A stretch of 64,000 nt of DNA from Escherichia coli O157:H7. GTDB taxonomy: Bacteria; Pseudomonadota; Gammaproteobacteria; Enterobacterales; Enterobacteriaceae. The notes beneath the pieces are model-generated. The model ran no database searches. It was not told the origin of the DNA and saw only the letters and a list, made by a program, of their open reading frames with translations. The stretch lies in assembly GCF_013167455.1 (NCBI RefSeq), contig NZ_CP038328.1. One strand, written 5' to 3'. The position numbers and the translations under genes are program-made. Below, in pieces: positions 10,795 through 22,315 of the stretch (position 1 is the first letter of the stretch; each line of letters starts with the position of its first letter).

Positions 10795-10808
10795 TAAGAA
10801 ATATCGCA
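10795..10808 (+). promoter_or_regulatory. Candidate RcsAB box upstream of the colanic acid operon
   Basis: TAAGAAATATCGCA resembles the RcsAB-box consensus (TaAGaatatTCctA) in the long AT-rich leader upstream of wza. Confidence 0.3.
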
Positions 10809-11074
10809 TGTGGAGACGCAATATTAAATATTGTCAACCTAAAGAAACTCCTAAAAACCATATTGAATGACACTTAATATAATTCTTAAAAATAGCCAAT
10901 TGCCGAATTGTTACCTTGCCTGCTATTCCGTTAGCTGTAACACTTCCTCCTGCATTATTGGAGAGCCAATATTCAATTACCATAATGTCACCTTATATTC
11001 GGAAGTTAATTTCCGCAATAACCCTTTCTCATCAACGATTGTATGCAGAGAGGGTTTGAAAAATTAAGCTAAAT

Positions 11075-11113
11075 CAGTGTATTGGTAGCTAAAAAGCCAG
11101 GGGCGGTAGCGTG
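11075..11113 (+). promoter_or_regulatory. JUMPstart element with ops site (RfaH antitermination) in the wza leader
   Basis: CAGTGTATTGGTAGCTAAAAAGCCAGGGGCGGTAGCGTG; ops core GGCGGTAGCGTG at 11102-11113. Confidence 0.85.
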
Positions 11114-11291
11114 TCTGGATGCCTGAAAGACCAGTCTGAATTATTCTGTCAATAGCCTGCGGATGAAATCAATTTTTTTAGGACTGATGCCAGTTAAATT
11201 TTTATTCAATTAACTGCAAGGTAAATGTGCATGGCGACATTGCTATTAATAGTGCACAGGATAATTACTCTGCCAAAGTGATAAATAAACA

Positions 11292-12431
11292 ATGATGAAA
11301 TCCAAAATGAAATTGATGCCATTATTGGTGTCAGTAACCTTGATAAGCGGTTGCACAGTACTTCCGGGCAGCAATATGTCGACGATGGGCAAAGACGTCA
11401 TCAAACAGCAGGACGCTGATTTCGATCTCGACAAAATGGTGAATGTTTATCCGCTGACCCCGCGCCTGATTGACCAATTACGCCCACGCCCGAATGTAGC
11501 GCGCCCCAATATGACGCTGGAAAGTGAGATCGCGAATTACCAGTATCGCGTCGGGCCGGGGGACGTTCTTAATGTCACCGTCTGGGATCACCCGGAACTC
11601 ACCACGCCAGCCGGTCAGTACCGCAGCTCCAGCGACACCGGCAACTGGGTACAGCCTGACGGCACTATGTTTTACCCGTATATCGGCAAGGTTCACGTAG
11701 TCGGGAAAACGCTCGCTGAAATCCGCAGTGATATTACCGGGCGCTTAGCGACGTACATCGCTGACCCGCAGGTGGACGTTAATATCGCCGCCTTCCGCTC
11801 ACAAAAGGCCTATATCTCAGGTCAGGTGAATAAATCTGGTCAACAGGCGATCACCAACGTACCACTGACCATTCTCGACGCCATCAACGCCGCAGGTGGC
11901 CTGACCGACACCGCTGACTGGCGCAACGTGGTGCTAACACACAATGGTCGTGAAGAGCGAATTTCTTTGCAGGCGCTGATGCAAAACGGCGACCTCAATC
12001 AGAACCGACTGCTTTACCCCGGCGATATTCTCTACGTGCCGCGTAATGATGATCTGAAAGTGTTTGTGATGGGTGAAGTGAAGAAACAGAGCACCCTGAA
12101 AATGGACTTTAGCGGCATGACCCTGACCGAAGCCCTGGGCAATGCTGAAGGCATCGACATGACCACCTCCAACGCCAGCGGCATCTTTGTCATTCGTCCG
12201 CTGAAAGGCGAGGGCGGGCGTAACGGCAAAATTGCCAATATCTACCAGCTGGATATGTCCGATGCCACGTCGCTGGTGATGGCGACAGAATTCCGCCTGC
12301 AACCTTATGACGTGGTGTATGTCACCACCGCCCCGGTTTCCCGCTGGAACCGTCTGATCAATCAGTTGCTGCCAACTATTAGCGGTGTCCGTTACATGAC
12401 GGATACAGCCAGCGACATTCATAACTGGTAA
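11292..12431 (+). CDS. wza: Outer-membrane polysaccharide export lipoprotein Wza
   Basis: 379 aa, lipoprotein signal [21 protein letters not shown]. Confidence 0.93.
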   Translation: MMKSKMKLMPLLVSVTLISGCTVLPGSNMSTMGKDVIKQQDADFDLDKMVNVYPLTPRLIDQLRPRPNVARPNMTLESEIANYQYRVGPGDVLNVTVWDHPELTTPAGQYRSSSDTGNWVQPDGTMFYPYIGKVHVVGKTLAEIRSDITGRLATYIADPQVDVNIAAFRSQKAYISGQVNKSGQQAITNVPLTILDAINAAGGLTDTADWRNVVLTHNGREERISLQALMQNGDLNQNRLLYPGDILYVPRNDDLKVFVMGEVKKQSTLKMDFSGMTLTEALGNAEGIDMTTSNASGIFVIRPLKGEGGRNGKIANIYQLDMSDATSLVMATEFRLQPYDVVYVTTAPVSRWNRLINQLLPTISGVRYMTDTASDIHNW

Positions 12432-12436
12432 TCGTC

Positions 12437-12880
12437 ATGTTTAACAACATCTTAGTTGTCTGTGTCGGCAATATTTGCCGTTCCCCGACGGCGGAACGCT
12501 TACTGCAACGTTATCACCCGGAGCTGAAAGTGGAGTCCGCTGGACTCGGCGCGCTGGTCGGTAAGGGCGCTGATCCTACCGCTATCAGCGTCGCCGCAGA
12601 ACATCAACTGTCTCTGGAAGGCCACTGTGCACGACAAATCAGCCGCCGCCTGTGTCGCAACTATGACCTGATTTTGACCATGGAAAAGCGCCATATCGAA
12701 CGCTTATGCGAGATGGCACCGGAGATGCGCGGCAAAGTGATGCTGTTTGGTCACTGGGATAACGAATGTGAAATCCCCGATCCGTATCGCAAAAGCCGGG
12801 AAACGTTTGCAGCGGTGTACACATTACTTGAACGGTCTGCCCGCCAGTGGGCGCAGGCATTGAACGCAGAGCAGGTATAA
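12437..12880 (+). CDS. wzb: Low-molecular-weight protein-tyrosine phosphatase Wzb
   Basis: 147 aa with the CVGNICRSP active-site loop. Confidence 0.93.
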   Translation: MFNNILVVCVGNICRSPTAERLLQRYHPELKVESAGLGALVGKGADPTAISVAAEHQLSLEGHCARQISRRLCRNYDLILTMEKRHIERLCEMAPEMRGKVMLFGHWDNECEIPDPYRKSRETFAAVYTLLERSARQWAQALNAEQV

Positions 12881-12882
12881 GA

Positions 12883-15045
12883 ATGACAGAAAAAGTAAAA
12901 CAACATGCCGCTCCGGTAACGGGCAGTGATGAAATCGATATTGGTCGCCTGGTCGGCACCGTCATTGAAGCGCGCTGGTGGGTGATTGGCATCACCGCTG
13001 TATTCGCCCTTTGTGCCGTGGTTTACACCTTCTTCGCCACGCCGATTTATAGTGCCGACGCACTGGTACAAATCGAGCAAAGCAGCGGCAATTCGTTAGT
13101 GCAGGATATCGGATCGGCGTTAGCCAACAAACCGCCTGCATCGGACGCCGAGATCCAGTTGATTCGTTCGCGCCTGGTGCTTGGTAAAACGGTGGATGAT
13201 CTCGACCTCGATATTGCGGTGAGCAAAAACACGTTCCCGATTTTCGGTGCGGGCTGGGATCGCCTGATGGGACGCCAGAACGAGACGGTGAAAGTGACTA
13301 CCTTTAACCGTCCGAAAGAGATGGAGGATCAGGTGTTTACGCTTAATGTGCTGGACAACAAAAACTACACCCTGAGCAGCGATGGCGGCTTTAGCGCCCG
13401 TGGGCAAGCGGGCCAGATACTGAAAAAAGAAGGCGTCACGCTGATGGTTGAAGCCATTCACGCCCGCCCGGGCAGTGAGTTTACCGTCACCAAATACTCC
13501 ACGCTGGGGATGATCAATCAACTGCAAAACAGCCTGACGGTAACGGAGAACGGCAAAGACGCAGGCGTACTGAGCCTGACTTATACCGGTGAAGATCGCG
13601 AACAGATCCGCGACATTCTTAACAGCATCGCCCGTAACTATCAGGAACAAAATATTGAGCGCAAATCGGCGGAAGCGTCGAAAAGCCTCGCTTTCCTCGC
13701 GCAACAGTTACCGGAAGTACGTAGCCGCCTTGATGTTGCCGAAAACAAACTGAATGCCTTCCGTCAGGATAAAGATTCTGTTGATCTGCCGCTGGAAGCG
13801 AAAGCGGTGCTCGATTCGATGGTGAACATCGACGCCCAGTTGAACGAACTGACCTTTAAAGAGGCGGAAATCTCCAAGCTGTACACCAAAGTTCACCCCG
13901 CGTACCGCACGCTGCTGGAGAAACGTCAGGCGCTGGAAGACGAAAAAGCCAAACTTAATGGTCGCGTAACGGCGATGCCGAAAACCCAGCAGGAAATTGT
14001 CCGTCTGACCCGCGATGTCGAGTCTGGTCAGCAGGTCTATATGCAACTGCTGAATAAAGAGCAGGAGCTGAAAATCACCGAGGCCAGCACCGTCGGCGAT
14101 GTGCGCATTGTTGACCCGGCAATCACTCAGCCTGGTGTGCTAAAACCGAAGAAAGGGCTGATTATCCTTGGGGCGATTATCCTTGGCCTGATGCTCTCTA
14201 TCGTGGGGGTGCTGCTGCGCTCGTTGTTTAATCGCGGCATCGAAAGCCCGCAGGTGCTGGAAGAACACGGTATCAGCGTCTATGCCAGCATCCCGCTGTC
14301 GGAGTGGCAGAAAGCGCGCGATAGCGTCAAAACCATCAAAGGGATTAAACGCTATAAACAGAGCCAGCTACTGGCGGTGGGGAATCCAACCGATCTGGCG
14401 ATTGAAGCCATCCGCAGCCTTCGTACCAGTTTGCACTTCGCGATGATGCAGGCGCAGAACAATGTGTTGATGATGACCGGGGTTAGCCCGTCAATCGGTA
14501 AAACCTTTGTCTGCGCCAACCTGGCGGCGGTGATCAGCCAGACCAATAAACGCGTGTTGTTGATCGACTGCGATATGCGCAAAGGCTACACCCATGAGCT
14601 GTTGGGCACTAATAACGTTAATGGCCTGTCGGAAATTCTGATTGGTCAGGGCGATATTACTACAGCTGCTAAACCGACCTCTATTGCCAAATTTGACCTG
14701 ATCCCGCGCGGTCAGGTACCGCCAAATCCTTCTGAACTGTTGATGAGCGAACGCTTTGCCGAACTGGTGAACTGGGCGAGTAAAAACTACGACCTGGTGT
14801 TGATTGATACGCCGCCGATTCTGGCAGTGACCGATGCGGCAATTGTTGGTCGTCATGTCGGAACCACGTTAATGGTGGCGCGTTATGCGGTCAACACATT
14901 GAAAGAAGTGGAAACCAGTCTGAGCCGCTTTGAGCAAAACGGTATTCCGGTGAAAGGGGTGATTCTGAACTCCATCTTCCGCCGCGCCAGCGCGTATCAG
15001 GATTATGGCTATTACGAATACGAATATAAGTCGGATGCGAAATAA
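12883..15045 (+). CDS. wzc: Tyrosine autokinase / polysaccharide co-polymerase Wzc
   Basis: MTEKVKQHAAPVTGSDEIDIGRLVG...; Walker A GVSPSIGKT; C-terminal Tyr-rich tail YQDYGYYEYEYKSDAK. Confidence 0.93.
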   Translation: MTEKVKQHAAPVTGSDEIDIGRLVGTVIEARWWVIGITAVFALCAVVYTFFATPIYSADALVQIEQSSGNSLVQDIGSALANKPPASDAEIQLIRSRLVLGKTVDDLDLDIAVSKNTFPIFGAGWDRLMGRQNETVKVTTFNRPKEMEDQVFTLNVLDNKNYTLSSDGGFSARGQAGQILKKEGVTLMVEAIHARPGSEFTVTKYSTLGMINQLQNSLTVTENGKDAGVLSLTYTGEDREQIRDILNSIARNYQEQNIERKSAEASKSLAFLAQQLPEVRSRLDVAENKLNAFRQDKDSVDLPLEAKAVLDSMVNIDAQLNELTFKEAEISKLYTKVHPAYRTLLEKRQALEDEKAKLNGRVTAMPKTQQEIVRLTRDVESGQQVYMQLLNKEQELKITEASTVGDVRIVDPAITQPGVLKPKKGLIILGAIILGLMLSIVGVLLRSLFNRGIESPQVLEEHGISVYASIPLSEWQKARDSVKTIKGIKRYKQSQLLAVGNPTDLAIEAIRSLRTSLHFAMMQAQNNVLMMTGVSPSIGKTFVCANLAAVISQTNKRVLLIDCDMRKGYTHELLGTNNVNGLSEILIGQGDITTAAKPTSIAKFDLIPRGQVPPNPSELLMSERFAELVNWASKNYDLVLIDTPPILAVTDAAIVGRHVGTTLMVARYAVNTLKEVETSLSRFEQNGIPVKGVILNSIFRRASAYQDYGYYEYEYKSDAK

Positions 15046-15137
15046 CGAGGCCTGCATTCGCACCGCCCCGTAGGCCGGATAAGGCGCTCACGCCGCATCC
15101 GGCAAGCAAACCAGCTCATAAGCCGGGAGTACAACCT
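15046..15137. repeat. REP element between wzc and wcaA
   Basis: GCCGGATAAGGCGCTCACGCCGCATCCGGCA palindromic unit. Confidence 0.6.
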
Positions 15138-15977
15138 ATGAAAGACAATCCGCTGATCTCAATCTATATGCCGACCTGGAACCGCCAACAACTGGCGATT
15201 CGGGCGATAAAATCGGTCTTGCGCCAGGACTACAGCAACTGGGAGATGATCATCGTGGATGATTGCTCCACCTCCTGGGAACAACTGCAACAGTACGTCA
15301 CCGCCCTCAACGATCCGCGTATTACCTACATTCACAACGACATTAACAGCGGGGCGTGCGCGGTACGTAACCAGGCGATTATGCTGGCGCAAGGGGAATA
15401 CATTACCGGGATCGATGACGATGATGAATGGACGCCCAACCGCCTGAGCGTCTTCCTCGCCCATAAACAGCAACTGGTCACTCACGCCTTTTTGTACGCT
15501 AACGATTACGTTTGCCAGGGCGAAGTTTATTCCCAACCGGCAAGCTTACCACTGTATCCCAAATCGCCGTACTCACGCCGCCTGTTCTATAAACGCAATA
15601 TCATTGGCAATCAGGTCTTTACCTGGGCATGGCGTTTCAAAGAGTGTTTGTTCGATACCGAACTGAAAGCGGCACAGGATTACGACATCTTCCTGCGGAT
15701 GGTGGTGGAGTATGGCGAACCGTGGAAAGTGGAAGAGGCGACGCAGATCCTGCATATCAATCACGGTGAAATGCAGATCACCTCGTCACCGAAAAAATTC
15801 TCCGGATACTTCCACTTTTACCGCAAGCACAAAGACAAATTCGACCGTGCCAGTAAAAAATATCAGCTGTTTACCCTCTACCAGATCCGCAATAAACGTA
15901 TGACCTGGCGCACTTTGCTGACGCTGCTGTCGGTGCGTAACGGCAAACGTCTGGCTGATGGTATTCGGGGGCGCTAA
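15138..15977 (+). CDS. wcaA: Colanic acid glycosyltransferase (GT2)
   Basis: 279 aa, GT2 motifs (ISIYMPTWN, IVDDCS); position in cluster. Confidence 0.85.
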   Translation: MKDNPLISIYMPTWNRQQLAIRAIKSVLRQDYSNWEMIIVDDCSTSWEQLQQYVTALNDPRITYIHNDINSGACAVRNQAIMLAQGEYITGIDDDDEWTPNRLSVFLAHKQQLVTHAFLYANDYVCQGEVYSQPASLPLYPKSPYSRRLFYKRNIIGNQVFTWAWRFKECLFDTELKAAQDYDIFLRMVVEYGEPWKVEEATQILHINHGEMQITSSPKKFSGYFHFYRKHKDKFDRASKKYQLFTLYQIRNKRMTWRTLLTLLSVRNGKRLADGIRGR

Positions 15978-15979
15978 AT

Positions 15980-16468
15980 ATGCTGGAAGATCTACGCGCC
16001 AACAGCTGGAGTTTACGCCCGTGCTGCATGGTTCTTGCCTATCGCGTCGCTCATTTTTGTTCGGTGTGGCGCAAAAAGAACGTTCTCAACAATCTTTGGG
16101 CGGCCCCGCTGCTGGTGCTGTATCGCATTATCACCGAATGCTTTTTCGGTTATGAAATCCAGGCTGCCGCGACCATTGGCCGCCGCTTTACTATCCATCA
16201 CGGTTACGCCGTAGTGATCAATAAAAACGTGGTAGCGGGGGATGATTTCACCATTCGCCACGGCGTCACTATCGGCAATCGTGGTGCCGATAACATGGCA
16301 TGTCCACACATTGGCAACGGCGTCGAACTCGGTGCCAACGTCATTATTCTTGGTGATATCACGCTTGGTAACAACGTCACCGTGGGCGCGGGCAGCGTGG
16401 TGCTCGACTCTGTCCCGGACAACGCGCTGGTGGTGGGAGAAAAAGCGCGAGTGAAGGTAATTAAATGA
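15980..16468 (+). CDS. wcaB: Colanic acid acetyltransferase (hexapeptide repeat)
   Basis: 162 aa with left-handed beta-helix hexapeptide repeats; position. Confidence 0.85.
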   Translation: MLEDLRANSWSLRPCCMVLAYRVAHFCSVWRKKNVLNNLWAAPLLVLYRIITECFFGYEIQAAATIGRRFTIHHGYAVVINKNVVAGDDFTIRHGVTIGNRGADNMACPHIGNGVELGANVIILGDITLGNNVTVGAGSVVLDSVPDNALVVGEKARVKVIK

Positions 16469-17682
16469 ATATTCTGCAATTTAATGTGCGACTGGCGGAA
16501 GGCGGGGCGGCAGGTGTGGCGTTAGATCTCCACCAGCGTGCGCTGCAACAGGGGCTGGCGTCACATTTTGTCTACGGCTACGGCAAAGGCGGCAAAGAGA
16601 GCGTCAGCCATCAGAACTATCCGCAGGTCATCAAACATACGCCGCGGATGACCGCAATGGCGAATATTGCCCTGTTTCGTCTGTTTAATCGCGATCTGTT
16701 TGGCAATTTCAATGAGTTATATCGCACCATTACTCGTACACCGGGTCCGGTGGTCCTGCATTTTCATGTGCTGCACAGCTACTGGCTAAATCTTAAGAGC
16801 GTGGTGCGCTTTTGCGAAAAGGTGAAAAACCACAAACCGGATGTCACTCTGGTCTGGACGCTGCACGACCACTGGAGCGTTACCGGGCGCTGCGCCTTTA
16901 CCGACGGTTGTGAAGGCTGGAAAACGGGCTGCCAGAAATGCCCGACCTTAAATAACTATCCGCCGGTGAAGATTGATCGGGCGCACCAGCTGGTGGCGGG
17001 CAAACGCCAGTTATTCCGTGAGATGCTGGCGCTGGGCTGTCAGTTTATTTCCCCCAGCCAGCATGTGGCTGACGCTTTCAATAGCCTGTACGGTCCAGGG
17101 CGTTGCCGGATTATCAATAACGGTATTGATATGGCAACCGAGGCGATTCTGGCGGATTTGCCTCCGGTGCGCGAAACTCAGGGCAAGCCGAAAATCGCGG
17201 TGGTAGCGCATGACCTGCGTTACGACGGCAAAACTAACCAGCAACTGGTACGCGAGATGATGGCGCTGGGCGACAAAATCGAACTGCATACCTTTGGTAA
17301 GTTCTCGCCGTTCACCGCTGGCAACGTGGTTAATCACGGCTTTGAAACTGACAAGCGCAAGTTGATGAGCGCGCTCAATCAGATGGATGCGCTGGTGTTC
17401 AGTTCTCGCGTCGATAACTACCCGCTGATTTTGTGTGAGGCGTTATCAATTGGCGTGCCGGTGATTGCCACCCATAGCGACGCGGCGCGTGAAGTGTTGC
17501 AAAAATCCGGCGGTAAAACCGTCAGCGAAGAAGAGGTGCTGCAACTGGTCCAGTTAAGCAAACCGGAAATCGCGCAGGCGTTATTTGGTACCACGCTGGC
17601 TGAGTTCAGCCAACGCAGCCGCGCCGCCTACAGTGGACAACAGATGCTGGAGGAGTATGTCAACTTCTATCAGAATCTGTAG
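16465..17682 (+). CDS. wcaC: Colanic acid glycosyltransferase (GT4)
   Basis: 405 aa; position in cluster. Confidence 0.85.
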   Translation: MNILQFNVRLAEGGAAGVALDLHQRALQQGLASHFVYGYGKGGKESVSHQNYPQVIKHTPRMTAMANIALFRLFNRDLFGNFNELYRTITRTPGPVVLHFHVLHSYWLNLKSVVRFCEKVKNHKPDVTLVWTLHDHWSVTGRCAFTDGCEGWKTGCQKCPTLNNYPPVKIDRAHQLVAGKRQLFREMLALGCQFISPSQHVADAFNSLYGPGRCRIINNGIDMATEAILADLPPVRETQGKPKIAVVAHDLRYDGKTNQQLVREMMALGDKIELHTFGKFSPFTAGNVVNHGFETDKRKLMSALNQMDALVFSSRVDNYPLILCEALSIGVPVIATHSDAAREVLQKSGGKTVSEEEVLQLVQLSKPEIAQALFGTTLAEFSQRSRAAYSGQQMLEEYVNFYQNL

Positions 17683-18874
17683 CTACCTGCTGCTGCCGCT
17701 GATCTACCTGCTGGTTAACGTCAAAATCACCCAGCTTGGCGAAAGTTTCCCCATCACCATCGTCACTTTTTTACCTGTCTTGTTACTGCTGTTTTTAGAA
17801 CGCATCAGCGTTAAAAAATTGATGATTGCCTTAGGGATTTGCGCGGGACTCACGGCGTTTAACTACCTGTTTGGTCAGTCGCTGGATGCCAGTAAATACG
17901 TCACTTCAACTATGCTGTTTGTCTATATCGTGATCATTATTGGTATGGTGTGGAGTATTCGCTTTAAAACGATTTCGCCACACAACCATCGCAAGATATT
18001 ACGTTTCTTTTATCTGGTGGTCGGGCTGGTGGTGGCGCTGGCGGCGGTGGAGATGGCGCAAATTATCCTCACCGGCGGCAGCAGTATTATGGAGTCGATT
18101 TCGAAATATCTGATTTACAGCAACAGCTATGTGCTGAATTTCATCAAATTCGGCGGCAAGCGCACGACAGCACTTTATTTCGAACCGGCATTTTTCGCTC
18201 TGGCATTAATCTCAATTTGGCTCAGCATCAAACAGTTTGGTATCAAAACGCCTAAAACAGATGCTATGATTCTCGCAGGGATAATATTATCCGGATCGTT
18301 TTCAGGGGTTATGACCTTTATCCTGTTTTATTTGCTGGAGTGGGCATTTCAATATCTGAATAAAGAGGCGATTAAGAAAAAGTTACCGTTAGCATTGATT
18401 TCTCTGGCAGTATTCCTGGTTGGTGTGGTAATTGCATTTCCTTATATTTCCACCCGTCTGGGCGATTTAGGTACGGAAGGATCGTCATCGTATTATCGTA
18501 TTGTCGGTCCGCTGGTGATGGTCGGTTATTCTTTGACCCATATTGACGGTGTAGTCAGATTTGGCTCACTTTATGAATATGTCGCATCATTCGGAATATT
18601 TAACGGTGCGGATGTCGGAAAAACCATAGACAATGGTTTGTATCTGCTGATTATTTATTTTTCTTGGTTCGCGGTGTTTTTATCGCTGTGGTACATGGGG
18701 AAAGTGATAAAAATGATGATCAACGCTTTTGGTGATAACCGCAATTTTCGCGTGCAATTATATCTTTTTACTCCGGTATCGCTGTTTTTTACCGGTTCGA
18801 TATTTAGCCCGGAATATGCATTTTTAATCGTCTGTCCGTTTATTTTGCGAAAAGCGTTAAATATTACGAGGTAA
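17657..18874 (+). CDS. wcaD: Putative colanic acid polymerase (multi-pass membrane protein)
   Basis: [26 protein letters not shown]...; highly hydrophobic; ATG at 17657 overlaps the wcaC 3' end. Confidence 0.85.
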   Translation: MSTSIRICSYLLLPLIYLLVNVKITQLGESFPITIVTFLPVLLLLFLERISVKKLMIALGICAGLTAFNYLFGQSLDASKYVTSTMLFVYIVIIIGMVWSIRFKTISPHNHRKILRFFYLVVGLVVALAAVEMAQIILTGGSSIMESISKYLIYSNSYVLNFIKFGGKRTTALYFEPAFFALALISIWLSIKQFGIKTPKTDAMILAGIILSGSFSGVMTFILFYLLEWAFQYLNKEAIKKKLPLALISLAVFLVGVVIAFPYISTRLGDLGTEGSSSYYRIVGPLVMVGYSLTHIDGVVRFGSLYEYVASFGIFNGADVGKTIDNGLYLLIIYFSWFAVFLSLWYMGKVIKMMINAFGDNRNFRVQLYLFTPVSLFFTGSIFSPEYAFLIVCPFILRKALNITR

Positions 18875-18884
18875 GAATAAGAAC

Positions 18885-19631
18885 ATGTTGCTTAGCATAA
18901 TCACTGTCGCGTTTCGTAACCTCGAAGGGATAGTCAAAACACATGCCTCGCTGGCGCATCTGGCGCAGGCGGAAGATATCAGCTTCGAATGGATTGTTGT
19001 CGATGGCGGTTCCAATGACGGCACTCGTGAGTACCTGGAAAATCTCAATGGTATCTATAACCTACGCTTTGTCAGCGAGCCAGATAACGGTATCTACGAC
19101 GCCATGAACAAGGGCATTGCGATGGCACAAGGCAAGTTCGCGTTGTTTCTCAACTCGGGCGATATTTTTCATCAGGATGCCGCATATTTTGTCCGTAAGT
19201 TAAAAATGCAAAAAGATAACGTGATGATCACCGGCGATGCGCTGCTGGATTTTGGCGACGGGCATAAAATTAAACGTAGCGCCAAACCGGGCTGGTATAT
19301 TTATCACAGCCTGCCCGCCAGTCATCAGGCGATATTTTTCCCGGTATCCGGTTTGAAAAAATGGCGTTATGACCTGGAATATAAAGTTTCTTCTGATTAC
19401 GCGCTGGCAGCCAAAATGTATAAAGCAGGTTATGCATTTAAAAAACTCAATGGCCTGGTGTCTGAATTTTCTATGGGTGGGGTATCTACCACCAATAATA
19501 TGGAATTGTGTGCTGACGCGAAAAAAGTCCAACGGCAAATATTACATGTGCCTGGCTTTTGGGCTGAATTATCCTGGCATTTACGCCAGCGTACTACCTC
19601 AAAGACGAAAGCCTTATATAACAAAAGCTGA
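18885..19631 (+). CDS. wcaE: Colanic acid glycosyltransferase (GT2)
   Basis: 248 aa; position in cluster. Confidence 0.85.
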   Translation: MLLSIITVAFRNLEGIVKTHASLAHLAQAEDISFEWIVVDGGSNDGTREYLENLNGIYNLRFVSEPDNGIYDAMNKGIAMAQGKFALFLNSGDIFHQDAAYFVRKLKMQKDNVMITGDALLDFGDGHKIKRSAKPGWYIYHSLPASHQAIFFPVSGLKKWRYDLEYKVSSDYALAAKMYKAGYAFKKLNGLVSEFSMGGVSTTNNMELCADAKKVQRQILHVPGFWAELSWHLRQRTTSKTKALYNKS

Positions 19632-19646
19632 ATATAAGGGAAAACG

Positions 19647-20195
19647 ATGCAGGATTTAAGCGGTTTCTCGGTGCCGAAAGGGTTCCGGGGCGGCAACGCT
19701 ATTAAAGTGCAATTGTGGTGGGCAGTACAGGCAACAATATTTGCCTGGTCGCCACAAGTATTGTATCGCTGGCGGGCATTTTTATTACGTTTATTCGGCG
19801 CAAAAATAGGAAAAAACGTAGTTATTCGTCCGTCAGTAAAAATTACCTATCCGTGGAAATTAACCTTAGGTGATTACGTGTGGGTCGGCGATGACGTCAA
19901 TTTATATACCCTCGGTGAAATAACCATTGGCGCACATTCGGTGATATCGCAAAAAAGTTATTTATGCACCGGGAGCCACGACCATGCAAGTCAACATTTC
20001 ACCATTAACGCCACGCCTATTGTGATTGGCGAGAAATGCTGGCTGGCAACCGATGTTTTTGTTGCCCCAGGCGTCACGATTGGCGACGGCACCGTCGTGG
20101 GTGCGCGAAGCAGTGTTTTTAAATCGCTTCCGGCAAATGTGGTTTGCCGGGGGAATCCCGCAGTGGTGATACGCAAACGCGTTGAAACTGAATAA
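19647..20195 (+). CDS. wcaF: Colanic acid acetyltransferase (hexapeptide repeat)
   Basis: 182 aa, hexapeptide repeats; position. Confidence 0.85.
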   Translation: MQDLSGFSVPKGFRGGNAIKVQLWWAVQATIFAWSPQVLYRWRAFLLRLFGAKIGKNVVIRPSVKITYPWKLTLGDYVWVGDDVNLYTLGEITIGAHSVISQKSYLCTGSHDHASQHFTINATPIVIGEKCWLATDVFVAPGVTIGDGTVVGARSSVFKSLPANVVCRGNPAVVIRKRVETE

Positions 20196-20223
20196 ATTCA
20201 AAAAAAATACAGAGGAATAAGAC

Positions 20224-21345
20224 ATGTCAAAAGTCGCTCTCATCACCGGTGTAACCGGACAAGACGGTTCTTACCTGGCAGAGTTTCTGCTGGAAAAAGG
20301 TTACGAGGTGCATGGTATTAAGCGTCGCGCATCGTCATTCAACACCGAGCGCGTGGATCACATTTATCAGGATCCGCACACCTGCAACCCGAAATTCCAT
20401 CTGCATTATGGCGACCTGAGTGATACCTCCAACCTGACGCGTATTTTGCGTGAAGTGCAGCCGGATGAAGTGTACAACCTGGGCGCAATGAGCCACGTTG
20501 CGGTTTCTTTTGAGTCACCGGAATATACCGCTGACGTCGACGCGATGGGTACGCTGCGCCTGCTGGAGGCGATCCGCTTCCTCGGTCTGGAAAAGAAAAC
20601 CCGTTTCTATCAGGCTTCCACCTCTGAACTGTATGGTCTGGTGCAGGAAATTCCGCAGAAAGAGACCACGCCGTTCTATCCGCGCTCTCCGTATGCGGTC
20701 GCCAAACTGTATGCCTACTGGATCACCGTCAACTACCGTGAATCCTACGGCATGTATGCCTGTAACGGTATTCTCTTCAACCATGAATCCCCGCGCCGCG
20801 GCGAAACCTTCGTTACCCGCAAAATCACCCGCGCAATCGCCAACATCGCCCAGGGGCTGGAGTCGTGCCTGTACCTCGGCAATATGGATTCCCTGCGTGA
20901 CTGGGGCCATGCCAAAGACTACGTAAAAATGCAGTGGATGATGCTGCAACAGGAACAGCCAGAAGATTTCGTTATCGCGACCGGCGTTCAGTACTCCGTA
21001 CGTCAGTTCGTAGAAATGGCGGCAGCACAGCTGGGCATCAAACTGCGCTTTGAAGGCACGGGCGTTGAAGAGAAGGGCATTGTGGTTTCCGTCACCGGGC
21101 ATGACGCGCCGGGTGTTAAACCGGGTGATGTGATTATCGCCGTTGATCCGCGTTACTTCCGTCCGGCTGAAGTTGAAACGCTGCTCGGCGACCCGACCAA
21201 AGCGCACGAAAAACTGGGCTGGAAACCGGAAATCACCCTCAGAGAGATGGTGTCTGAAATGGTGGCTAATGACCTCGAAGCGGCGAAAAAACACTCTCTG
21301 CTGAAATCTCACGGCTACGACGTGGCGATCGCGCTGGAGTCATAA
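20224..21345 (+). CDS. gmd: GDP-mannose 4,6-dehydratase (colanic acid copy)
   Basis: [50 protein letters not shown]... Confidence 0.95.
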
Positions 21346-21347
21346 GT

Positions 21348-22313
21348 ATGAGTAGACAACGCATTTTTATTGCTGGCCATCGCGGGATGGTCGGTTCCGC
21401 CATCAGGCGGCAGCTCGAACAGCGCGGTGATGTGGAACTGGTATTACGCACCCGCGACGAGCTGAACCTGCTGGACAGCCGCGCCGTGCATGATTTCTTT
21501 GCCAGCGAACGTATTGACCAGGTCTATCTGGCGGCCGCGAAAGTGGGCGGCATTGTTGCCAACAACACGTATCCGGCGGATTTCATCTATCAGAACATGA
21601 TGATTGAGAGCAACATCATTCACGCCGCGCATCAGAACGACGTGAACAAACTGCTGTTTCTCGGATCGTCCTGCATCTACCCGAAACTGGCAAAACAGCC
21701 GATGGCAGAAAGCGAGTTATTGCAGGGCACGCTGGAGCCGACCAACGAGCCTTACGCCATTGCCAAAATCGCCGGGATCAAACTGTGCGAATCATACAAC
21801 CGCCAGTACGGACGCGATTACCGCTCAGTCATGCCGACCAACCTGTATGGCCCGCATGACAACTTCCACCCGAGTAATTCGCATGTGATCCCTGCATTGC
21901 TGCGTCGCTTCCACGAGGCGACGGCACAGAATGCACCGGACGTGGTGGTGTGGGGCAGCGGTACGCCGATGCGAGAATTTCTGCACGTCGATGATATGGC
22001 GGCGGCGAGCATTCATGTCATGGAGCTGGCGCATGAAGTCTGGCTGGAGAACACCCAGCCGATGCTGTCGCACATTAACGTCGGCACGGGCGTTGACTGC
22101 ACTATCCGCGAGCTGGCGCAAACCATCGCCAAAGTGGTGGGTTACAAAGGTCGGGTGGTTTTTGATGCCAGCAAACCGGATGGTACGCCGCGCAAACTGC
22201 TGGATGTGACGCGCCTGCATCAGCTTGGCTGGTATCACGAAATCTCACTGGAAGCGGGGCTTGCCAGCACTTACCAGTGGTTCCTTGAGAATCAAGACCG
22301 CTTTCGGGGGTAA
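21348..22313 (+). CDS. fcl: GDP-L-fucose synthase (colanic acid copy)
   Basis: [44 protein letters not shown]... Confidence 0.95.
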   Translation: MSRQRIFIAGHRGMVGSAIRRQLEQRGDVELVLRTRDELNLLDSRAVHDFFASERIDQVYLAAAKVGGIVANNTYPADFIYQNMMIESNIIHAAHQNDVNKLLFLGSSCIYPKLAKQPMAESELLQGTLEPTNEPYAIAKIAGIKLCESYNRQYGRDYRSVMPTNLYGPHDNFHPSNSHVIPALLRRFHEATAQNAPDVVVWGSGTPMREFLHVDDMAAASIHVMELAHEVWLENTQPMLSHINVGTGVDCTIRELAQTIAKVVGYKGRVVFDASKPDGTPRKLLDVTRLHQLGWYHEISLEAGLASTYQWFLENQDRFRG

Positions 22314-22315
22314 TG

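Noticed and set aside
10867-11067. 66-aa ORF in the yegH-wza intergenic region
   Set aside because: Sits in the AT-rich regulatory leader, has no RBS and a Cys/Asn-rich low-complexity product; more likely promoter DNA than a gene.
13120-13704. Long antisense ORFs inside known genes, e.g. 13120..13704 (-), 20515..21312 (-), 22831..23670 (-), 25830..26645 (-), 27981..28619 (-), 47683..48267 (-), 51029..51967 (-)
   Set aside because: Each lies wholly within and opposite to a well-supported conserved gene (wzc, gmd, wcaI, cpsG, wcaJ, manB, gnd); the translations are low-complexity and Arg/His-rich, as expected for the antisense of high-GC coding sequence.
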